Part shown: piece by piece, positions 1 through 9,427 of the stretch
Layout: every line of letters starts with the position of its first letter
Position numbering within the stretch: position 1 is the first letter of the stretch
DNA from: Zygnema circumcarinatum SAG 698-1b
Taxonomy: Eukaryota > Plantae > Zygnematophyceae
Assembly (NCBI GenBank): GCA_037447605.1
Contig: CM074804.1
Coordinates: forward strand, 1,922,001 to 1,986,000
DNA: 64,000 nucleotides
Direction: 5' to 3'
Program-made: the position numbers and the translations under genes
Notes under the pieces: generated by a model
Seen by the model: the letters and a program-made list of their open reading frames with translations, nothing else
The model's database searches: none
What the model was told of the DNA's origin: nothing

Positions 1-267
1 TTTCCTTTTCCAAGACAAATTTTATTTAGTTTGTACACAAGCGGTGCGCACACTCGATAAATTTAACAACAAAACAAACTGTTCGAGACACGGGCGAGCG
101 ATTACCGCATTCATATCTTAACTGAACGGTGACTTACATTATCAAATTTTCGCATCTCAAAAAATAAATCGTTTAAAACAAATTAACTTCACATATTTCT
201 TGTACTTAAAAACTTAAAACAAACCCCTTTTTCTACAAGTTGAATTGCTTCAACGCAGAGCTCGCAC

Positions 268-532
268 CTGCCAGGGGTTGTACTGCACCACTGCAGTGGG
301 CCGCCCCTTCAGTTCCGGCCGCCGTCGCTGCTCAACTGAACGCTAACCCACATGGAACCACGCAATCAGTCGCCAGGAGCGCTTGCTGCCTCAATAACTG
401 GCCTCCAAAAACTGTCCACGGAAACCAGTGAAGCAGCGCGGGGCACGGCGACTCGCCTTGCACATAGAAGCAGTCGAGGTCGAAGTGAGCGACGACGCGC
501 GTCTGCCCCGCCTGGCCCGCGCCCCTCCGCAT
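268..532 (-). CDS. POLH: DNA polymerase eta (Y-family), first two coding exons; gene continues off the left end of the window
   Basis: Exons 532-457 and 335-268 splice to MRRGAGQAGQTRVVAHFDLDCFYVQVEQRRRPELKGRPTAVVQYNPWQ. This is the Pol eta N-terminal catalytic motif (HxDxDCFYVQVE...P.L.G.P.AVVQYN.W). Intron 456-336 has a GC donor (CAAG|GCGAGT) and a TTCAG acceptor. Confidence 0.88.
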
Positions 533-787
533 GCCGGACCCGACCCGACCTCGCCCCTCTCTCTGCTCGGAGGACTTCCCCTTCAAATGGCCACTCCGAC
601 CCCTGTCTCTCTCCCCCTCCCTCCCTCCCTCCCGAACCGTACCGTACCGCATTCCCAGTTTCCCAGGTTCCCGCCATATGGTACCTCCGCCCCGAGGGCG
701 GGTCGCCAATTTCCACTTGAACCCGCAAAACGGGGCTTGCACGTGTGAACGGTCGGGGCTTGCACGCGTGGGCGGGCGCAATAATAT

Positions 788-1003
788 CACAGTTCGGACC
801 AGTGGATCGGCAACCATTGGACAACCATTGGATGGCAATGGTTGGACGTCTACTGGTCGGCAACCAGTCGAATGGTTGTTTCGATCCGGCGGCACTGGTT
901 GGCAACCAGTCGACTGGTTGTGAACCAGTGGCATCCACTGGTTGGCAACCAGTCGAATGGTTGTTTCGATCCGGCAGCACTGGTTGGCAACCAGTCGAAT
1001 GGT
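788..1003. repeat. Left subterminal array of tandem palindromic units
   Basis: Repeated AACCAGTCGA(A/C)TGGTT and AACCAGTGG(C/-)ATCCACTGGTT-type hairpin units joined by GGC/TTG linkers. Confidence 0.9.
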
Positions 1004-1020
1004 TATATCCATTAAATCAA

Positions 1021-2034
1021 GGAAAATTCTATTCTCACACCTTTTTTGTCTACACACAGACCTCTTTTCGCTGGGCAGATTTTAAAATAGACAAAAAAGG
1101 AACACACCTTTCATACCTTTTTTTTTTCACCTTTTTTTTCACATCGTTTTGGAATCGATAAACGCTACTAGTCCTGAGCGGCCGAGCGCCGTGAGACCTT
1201 TTTCTGTCGGGCAGATTTTACTCCTTATCATTTATTTTAAGGAAAAAAATATCTGCCTGCCCGAATCCGCTCGGAGCGGAAGATCCGTCGCCACGAGATC
1301 GTTCGCGGGTGGCCGTCCTTCACACGTGCAATAATTCTCCGCCGTCGATATTCACGCAGATCGCACCATGGCAGATCACCTTTCGATCAGCAGCCGGGCT
1401 CTGTCCCACGTGTCCCACCCAAGCCGGCTCCAAGGACCGTACAAAAGGCGTACGCCCGCAGCTTCGAGGAAAGTCAAAAAACGTAATAATTAAAGTTGAG
1501 TGCCTGTACCAATCACAGTTTGCCACGTCTAAAAAGAGCACGCGGCAGGTGGTGATTGGTTCAAGCTCGCAATATAAGGAATTTAGACTTTCCTCGAAGC
1601 TGTGACCGTACGAATTGTGTACGGACCTCGAGCTGCTTGGGTGGGACACGTGGGCGTGTCCCATTCGCTGGAATCGAGCCCGGCTGCCGATCGAACGGTG
1701 ATCGGCCGTGGTGTGATCTGCTCTAGAATCGACGGTGTATAGTTTCTGCACGTGTGAAGGACGGCCACCCGCGAACGATCTCGTGGCGGACGGATCTTCT
1801 GCTCCGAGTGGATTCGGGCAGGCCGATATTTTTTTCTTTGAAAAAAACAAGAAGGGATAAAATCTGCCCGATGGAGAAAGGTGTGTATCGATTTCAAAAA
1901 GGTGTGAAAAAAAAGGTGAAAAAAAAAAGGTGAGAAGGTGTGAAAGGTGTGTTCTTTTTTTGTCCTATTTTAAAATCTGCCCGGCGAAAAGAGGCCTGTG
2001 TGTAGACAAAAAAGGTGTGAGAATAGAATTTTCC
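1021..2034. mobile_element. Foldback (long-TIR) non-autonomous element, MuDR/Merlin-like GG..CC termini, copy 1 (nested)
   Basis: Begins GGAAAATTCTATTCTCACACC and ends GGTGTGAGAATAGAATTTTCC. Imperfect inverted arms of about 450 bp flank a ~110-bp spacer. Highly similar to 42080-43091. No clean TSD at this copy. Confidence 0.85.
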
Positions 2035-2222
2035 TTATGTAAACCGCTCGCAGCCCCGAGCGGGCGCAAGCGACCGTCGATCTCCCGCGATCGCGGAGCC
2101 GCAGTCCCTTACGCCCCCGCCTGCCGTACGCTCCGCAGCCCCGCGAGGCCCCGCCGCCGGATCGGCGCAGCTCCGGAGGCCTGGGTGGTACGGACGTTTT
2201 ATCACCCTTTTTTTTTTTTTGG

Positions 2223-3619
2223 NNNNNNNNNNGCGTTTCTCGTAACGCAATAGCGGACGGGGGGCGGCGGCCATGGAAACGTAAAAATGCGATACGATAC
2301 GATACGATATTTGCGCCTTTGACAATACGGACTGTCTCTCCGCCGCTAAGGGATGCGTCCTCGTGGTTTCTTTCTGCTCTTCTCCTGAACGCCCTCCCCC
2401 CTCGCCGTCCGCCATAGCCCGAGCAAGGGTCCTGCCTGCCTGCCTGCCTGCCTGCCTTCTGTATTTCTTCCCTTCGCCTGTCATTTCTCCGCAGTGATGG
2501 AAACGCGATCTACCCCCCATTCTGATTGTCCACCTTGGTTGGTAGAGTTGGATAGAAAAATTGATCATCCAAATTACCTTATATGCAAAGATGGATCCGT
2601 TTTATCGCCGGAAGATTTAGTGAGCATTATTTGTGCAGAGCCAGAAACTACTGAGATTGGCTTGGTGGCTGCAATGGAAAATCGTCGCAGCATACCAATT
2701 AATGGAAGGTATGTATACATATGTACATTTTTTTAGAAGGAAATAATTGAGAAAATTAATGTGTATTTTGTAAGGGTTCTTTTGTTTCAGGATGAGGGTT
2801 TAGGGTTTCGGGTCTCTCTCTCTCTCCCCCCTATCTGTCTGTCTTTCTCTCTGGGAACTCTCTTTCACTCTCTCTTTGCCTCCCTGTCCCCCCCTCTTTC
2901 CCAAGTTGAAGTATTGGGAGGGAGGGAGACGAGGGAGGGAGGGAGAGGAGGAGGGAGGGAGGGAGAGAGCCGACGCAAGAGAGCGGGGGCCGCGGGAGTG
3001 GCCGCTATAGAGGGAGGGAGGGAAGGAGGGAAGNNNNNNNNNNGTGGCCGCGGGAGTGGCCGCTAGAGAGGGAGGGAGGGAAGGAGGGAAGGAGGGAGGG
3101 AGGGAGGGAGGGAGGGAGGGAGGGAGGCAGTTTGCACCATGTTACCAAGCCTTCTCCGCCCCTCGCCTACGAATGAGGACCACCCCGGAGAGGACGGCTG
3201 GCCAAACTGCCTCGTGTCATTCGTGCCTTGCCTCTCCGGTCCGCCTGCATTGGCATCGCGTGGATAATGCCTCGACATCGTATCAAGTGGCTGCTGAATA
3301 AATTGTGCCTCGAGCTGCTGAATTGAACCACTGGCCGCGTTGTCAATCACGGATGCGATCACGCGCGCGTTTCCCATTAGTCTGAGCTCATCTTGTGAGT
3401 AATCAATCCACCTGTGCGTCAAGACTCCAACAACCTCGCGGTCACACACAGGACGCCCGTTGATCTTCTCAAACAGCGCATCTTGCCACTTGTACCGTCG
3501 GAGAAGCCGCGTCGCACCGACGCGCCTGACAGTCCGTGCAATGAGAACAGGATGTCTGAGCCTGTCGATGCTGACACGCTGGGAGGGGGGGAGGGAGGGA
3601 GGGAGGGAGNNNNNNNNNN
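2223..3619. other. Three 10-N assembly gaps (2223-2232, 3034-3043, 3610-3619) next to poly-T and (GAGG)n tracts
   Basis: N runs are visible in the sequence. Confidence 0.98.
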
Positions 3620-4654
3620 ACAGAATTTCCAATGCTTGGGACAGTAATTCAGTGCAATGTAGCAGGTTTGATGGCGAACGATGGCATTTACCAAGAGACT
3701 GTGAACCATGCCACCAGCCTGCAGCACTTTCAACATCGAAAGCTTTTTAACCGAGAATTTGTAAACTAGGCCAAAACATATGTCGATAAGATAATCTTGC
3801 TAGGCTTTTGGAGTGCGAGTTCCATTGGGAACAGCACTATAACCACACACAAAAATGCTCGAAAACACTTACAGACACAAAAACGCGCAACTCAACTCAA
3901 TCGCACACTCCCTCCATCCCTCCCTCATTCCCACGCGCACAAAGGTAATGCTTTGTAAACGTACCAATGCCATTCGGCGGGCTATAATCCTACAAACCTT
4001 TATAGGGACACAAGTTGTAAGCTGGACAGAAGGATCTACCAAACAAGGGAAACAACGCCGGTTTCATTCATACCAGCCACTAGCAACTACTCACACTTTT
4101 AACAATCAAATTTGTACACAAAGCCATTTCATATATACAAGGTTTCGAATTTTGTAAACGCATACCATCGAGTTGTTGTGTGTCCGGTTCTCTCGATGTA
4201 CTGGTCTCTACACATTTTACAATTTCGTACAAGTTTACAATTGTCTCTTGGTTTCAAATTGTGGCTTGTGTCTTGTGTGATACTGTGAGTTCCTTTTTTT
4301 GCCCAAGGGTCGGGCCGCGCCTTCACATGCGCGAACTGAACGCGCAAGGGATTGCGTACTACGCGTACGCGGCGGCTAAGCTGCCTTCGAAACCACCAGG
4401 ACCACTCCCTCTCCAAGCGGCGGCTTAGCCGTTGCGTTGCTTTTCACGCAACGGCGAGTGCACTCCATGCGAATGCCTTCCTGGCGGCATCGTGTCCGCC
4501 CATTTCATCGACGGTTCTTCGCGAGCTGCGAAATCGAGCATAACTATGGTTATTGCAACCAGGCAGTTCCTTAACGCCTTCCGTACAGCTATAAGGATCT
4601 GCGCCGGGCCAAAAAATACGGCCAAACGTCTGCGAAATGAAGAATAACGCCCCT

Positions 4655-5112
4655 AAATCGAATGGTTGCCAACCATTGGATCACTGGTTCCGAACCAGTC
4701 GAATGGTTGTTTCAGTCCTGCGCCACTGGTTCGCAACCAGTCGACTGGTTTCCAACCAGTGGATGCCACTGGTTGGCAACCAGTCGAATGGTTGTTTCGG
4801 TCCGCAACCACTGGTTGGCAACCAGTCGACTGGTTTGGAACCAGTGGATGCCACTGGTTGGCAACCAGTCGAATGGTTGTTTCGATCCGCAACCACTGGT
4901 TGGCAACCAGTCGAATGGTTTGGAACCAGTGGATGCCACTGGTTGGCAACCAGTCGAATGGTTTGGAACCAGTGGATGCCACTGGTTGGCAACCAGTCGA
5001 ATGGTTTGGAACCAGTGGATGCCACTGGTTGGCAACCAGTCGAATGGTTGTTTCGGTCCGCAACCACTGGTTGCCAACCAGTCGACTGGTTTGTCTAATG
5101 GTCCGATCTGTG
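4655..5112. repeat. Right subterminal array of tandem palindromic units (about 43-bp period)
   Basis: The unit TGGAACCAGTGGATGCCACTGGTTGGCAACCAGTCGAATGGTT recurs at 4921 and 4964 (43-bp period). It alternates with a GTTTCG(G/A)TCCGCAACCACTGGTT variant. Confidence 0.92.
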
Positions 5113-5552
5113 AATAATATCGCTTCTACGGATCGTGGCGCGGGCATGTCGGTGCCGTACGAAACATACGGACGCGGCAGGTCTACAGTACAGTACAGTA
5201 CAGTACGTGATCGCACATCGCCTAGAGTGTCCGTGTACATTTGATGGCCTCGCCATCGCGAGTTAAGAGCAGTGCATGCATGCATGCATGCATGTGAGGG
5301 ACCGACCTGCCATGCACGGCTGTTGGCTGTTAGTGAATGGTGCATGTAACTATGGATGTATTTACCTACGAATACACAATGTGTGTATGTATGGCATTCC
5401 GTTCGATTTGATGTGGCATGCAGCGCATGAAGTTGGAAGACGCGACCTTCCATGCGTGTCCCATCGTTCGGGATGGAGCTCTCGAATGGGCCTCTGCCCA
5501 GGCCCTTGCGGCCTTCCTGCGTGAGTCTAAGATAGGCAGCCCTTAGCCCTCC

Positions 5553-5860
5553 CTTATTGGGGAGGGAAGGGAAGGGAAGAGAAGAGAAAGGGGGAAGGGT
5601 GGGAGGAGGAAGTGGGGAGGAAAGGAAAGGGAAGGGAAGGGGGAGGAAGGGGGAGGCGGGAGGGTAAGGGGAAGACGGGAGGGGGAAGATATGAAGGGAG
5701 GAGGGAAATTGTGAAGGGTAGGGAAGGGGGAGACAGAGGGAGAGGGGATGGAAGGAAAGGGAGGGAAGCGAGGCGGGATGGGGGAAGGGGGGAGGGAAGG
5801 GAAGGGAAGGGAGGAGAAATGGGGAAGGGAAAAGGATGAAGTGGGGAGGAAAGGAAAGAC
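5553..5860. repeat. Homopurine (GGGAAGG/GGGA-rich) low-complexity tract
   Basis: About 300 bp almost entirely A/G on the + strand. Confidence 0.9.
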
Positions 5861-7356
5861 CACCTGCTTGCTAGCTAGCTTGCTTGTGGTACCGTGACCG
5901 TGACCCGTCCCCGATTCAAATTCACGACGCTTGCCGTGCCTAGCCTAACCTAACCTATCGGCCCTCGGGGCCTAGCCTAGACAAGCCTTGCCTCTGCCGT
6001 ACGGTAGGGTGTGGTGGATCCGCTCGCGCTGAAGTGGTGGACTGCCGTATGGCGATTGCATCAACTCCACCACGAAGAATTAGAATCAATTTGATCCCTG
6101 CAGCCGAAGTGGACGACGTCGGTCCTAGTGGACCCCGGTGTCCCAATCAAACTCAATGTCGGTGGCGTCAAGATCCACTCGCCACGTAATTCGCAGGACC
6201 GCAATTCCGCTTCTTGGGTTTTTTTTTTTCCGGAAAATATCAGCCGAAAATGACATATTTCGTTGGAAATGACATTTTTTTTCTCTGCCCGCTGTCCGTC
6301 GTCCCCTTTCTTCGCCTTCGCTATCAAATTCGAGCCTTGTCAGGTCAGCCGCAAAAACTTCATTTCATTGACCGGGTCAGGATCCGACATAATTTTGACT
6401 TCTGCCCGACGTTTTCGTGTTGGTACGAGCCCCCCAGCGCTATCGTGGCCGTCCGATGTTCAGCTGAAGGGGCAGCGCCCGGAGGGATCAACGAGGCCTC
6501 ATTACCGCCGTCCGATTCCCAGTGACGTTCAATTACAGCCGTCGATTGGGCCCACGGCAAACGACTAGGAGGGCGCTCCAAACAGTCTCTCCTTCCAGAA
6601 TCGCCTCTGCTACCCTCACCTTCGCTCTCTCTTGGTAGCTCGTTCAGAGCTTTTGGCAGGCAGACAGGCAGACAGAAAGGAAGGGCTTGCAGGAAAAGGA
6701 GGAAGCGGAGTCTGCTCAAGTTGCAGGAGCCCGTGGTACGTGGGCGTGGGGAGGATGGAGGGAGGGAGGGAGGGAGGGAGGGAGGGAGGGAGGGAGGCGA
6801 GTGGGCGGGATGGAATGCGTAGGAGGCAAGGAAAGGGACAAATAGAGGATCTATTGTGAGACATGCATGTGTTGTATGTGATCTGGTAGTAGGTGTTGTC
6901 GGAGATGGTGATGTAAGGTCAAGAGATGAGGAAGTAGTGACAGTCCTGCAGAGAGGGAAGCGTACTTCATGGGCTGGTCCATTGCTGTGATTCTGTTGTA
7001 TGTAGAATCTCTGCCCTTTTGCTAGTGATAAAGGTCAAGAGAAAGTTTTTTTGTTTGTACTGAATATAAAATGCCACTTCTGCAATTGTTGCTTGTCATT
7101 AAAATTCGCCATCACGGTCTGGTCCTTCTGGAGGACACGTTTTGAAACTTGTACTGAGACCAAGTTTGCTGACGAAGAATGCTGCAGCGCACTTTTTCCA
7201 GTTCCTTAGTTTGAAAGCATGGTGGATGAACCGATACACGAAGCTGTCAGCTTTAGCAGCTCAGAAGTATTGTGTTTTTTTGTATGTTAACTTTTTGAAG
7301 CTATGCTTTCTGTTTTTTCTTCTCCAATTTTCATTCGCTGCAGATTCACTGACACG

Positions 7357-9427
7357 ATGGCTGAAGAGGAGGGAAAGAAGCCTATCGTTTGCGACAATGG
7401 CTCAGGAATGGTGAAGGTAGGCGAAGGGCATAGCATCTGTCGCGACTTGAACTTCGACTTGGCCTTTTTTTTCCGGCCATGGCAGCTGCAACATTACAGC
7501 ATTGCAGTGTGTTGATCTCTGGCAACCTTGTTTTCGTTGCAGGCTGGATTTGCCGGCGATGATGGACCAAATGCTGTCTTTCCCAGTGTGGTTGGATGGC
7601 CGAAAGCCAGCTACAATCGCATTCACGGTGCAGCAGATGACAAGCCGTTCTTTGTTGGAGAGGAAGCTCAAGCAAAGCGTGGTGTGCTGTCGCTTAAATA
7701 TCCTATTGAACACGGTATGTTATGATGAGCCGCGCCTTGAATGCGGATTTGATGCATGTGTTTTTGCAATTTTGTTGATCTTCGTACGGGGTTTCTGCTC
7801 TTTGCATTGTCCCTTGTTCGCTTGTTTAAGGGCATTGTTCAACCGCTTATCGTCACTAATGACTGTGCAGGTACTGTCACAAACTGGGATGACATGGAGA
7901 AGATCTGGCACTATACCTTTTTTGATGAATTGCGAGTGGAGCCACAAGAGCATTCTGTCTTACTGACGGAAGCACCAATGAACCCCAAGGCGAACAGGGA
8001 GCGTATGACACAAATTATGTTCGAAACGTTTGCAGTTCCGTCTATGTATGTCGCTATTCAGGCAGTGTTGTCTCTTTACGCCAGTGGACGAACAACTGGT
8101 ACTTCTGCCGCTCACCTCAAATTGAGGCATCTCTTTATGTTTTTGGAACTTGTTCTGAAAGGCAAATCTGCTTGATTGGCGTCGTTTATTTTTTCTCTGT
8201 AACATGGGTGGCCTTTCAACGACCTCTCGTTTGTCTCTCCTTTTGCATATTGTGAATCATGCCCTATTCACTAAATTTGCTGCAGCTGCTAATTTCTCGT
8301 GGCACTGTTTATATTTTTGTATTAACTTCCGCTATTGTAACTTTGCCACTTGATTTATCGCATATTGCACATGTAAAACTTGAATCATTAGTTGCTAATG
8401 CAGTTCTGAAACTTGACTAACGTACAACTTTGGATCTTCACGTGATGACGATGCACATAAGACTTGGGAAAAAAACCTGGATTTGCCTAGATTTTGAAAG
8501 ACAGAATTCTTGCCATGTCGTTTCTGCATGCAGGTGTTGTTCTCGACTCTGGTGATGGTGTCACCCATACCGTACCTATTTATGAGGGTTACACAATGCC
8601 CCATGCAATTACCCGTCTTGACTTGGCCGGTCGAGATTTGACTCATTATCTGGCAACAATTCTCACTGAGAGGGGCTACAAGTTTGAGACCTCCTCAGAG
8701 ATGGAAATTGCCCGCGACATTAAGGAGAAGCTGGCGTATGTGGCGGCAGATTTTGAGGCTGAGTCACAGACAGCGAGGACTGATCCTTCAGTTGAGAAGG
8801 AATATGAGATGCCAGATGGTCAAGTGATCACCATTGGTGATCAGCGCTTCCGTTGCCCAGAAGTCCTGTTCCAGCCATCTCTCCTCGGAAAGGAGTCGTC
8901 TGGTATTCATGAAATTACGTATAACTGCATCATGAAATGTGATGTGGATGCTCGCAAGGATTTGTACGGCAACATTGTCCTTTCAGGTGGATCAACGATG
9001 TTCCCCGGAATGGGTCCTCGCATGAACAAGGAGATGACAAAGCTGGCGCCTGATACCATGAAGGTGAAGGTAGTCACTCCAGTGGAGCGCAAGTACAGTG
9101 TCTGGATCGGAGGATCAATCCTTGCTTCACTCAGCACTTTTGAGCCGGTATGGCAGCGTCAAATCTTCCTCTCTTACCTCCCTCTCGGACACTCCGAATT
9201 TAATCTGCATTTGTCACCTGCATTTTCATCGGTTGCTCTTCTAGGAGGCTGATCAGAACCTTCTTGAGGTTCCTTGAGATTGTCTTCCTTGTCCCTTCTC
9301 TCTTGAAGCTAGTTGATGTACGGCTCTTAAGTAAATGTGTTTCTTGTTTTTTGTCGAACAGATGTGGGTGACTCGGAAAGAGTACGACGAGGTTGGTGCT
9401 GCCATTATTCACAAGAAGTGCTTCTAA
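7357..9427 (+). CDS. ACT: Actin, divergent isoform (379 aa)
   Basis: Exons 7357-7416, 7543-7714, 7871-8098, 8534-9147 and 9362-9427, all GT-AG and phase-consistent. Motifs [67 protein letters not shown]. Three introns sit at the conserved plant actin positions. A 5'UTR leader-intron acceptor is at 7343, with a likely donor at 6736. Confidence 0.96.

Larger units (their letters stand above)
788..5112. mobile_element. Class II DNA transposon with 8-bp TSD (hAT- or P-like termini CA..TG), palindromic subterminal arrays, nested foldback element and unidentified cargo
   Basis: Left TIR CACAGTTCGGACCA at 788 and right TIR TGGTCCGATCTGTG ending at 5112. Identical flanks AATAATAT at 780-787 and 5113-5120. 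The same two ends bound the 377-bp copy at 33097-33473. The interior contains three N gaps, so the true length is uncertain. Confidence 0.82.

Noticed and set aside
1149-1897. ORFs inside the foldback element (and 42209-43169)
   Set aside because: Short, not conserved in frame between the two copies, and without recognisable motifs.
2985-3090. Tandem duplication GGCCGCGGGAGTGGCCGCTA.AGAGGGAGGGAGGGAAGG on both sides of the N gap
   Set aside because: Likely unresolved overlap at an assembly gap rather than a real duplication.
4425-4640. piggyBac assignment from FRRRLA plus the downstream CxxC motif
   Set aside because: The segments are in different frames, there is no DDD core or TTAA TSD, and the element's TSD is 8 bp.
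4655-5112. CRISPR array (also 788-1003 and 33097-33473)
   Set aside because: The apparent spacers are themselves repeated, there are no cas genes, the context is eukaryotic, and the arrays are bounded by TIRs and TSDs.
4637-5453. Long overlapping ORFs such as CHWLATSRMV/ATGWQPVEW repeats (also around 750-1000 and 33100-33500)
   Set aside because: These are translations of the stop-poor palindromic array, open in several frames on both strands.
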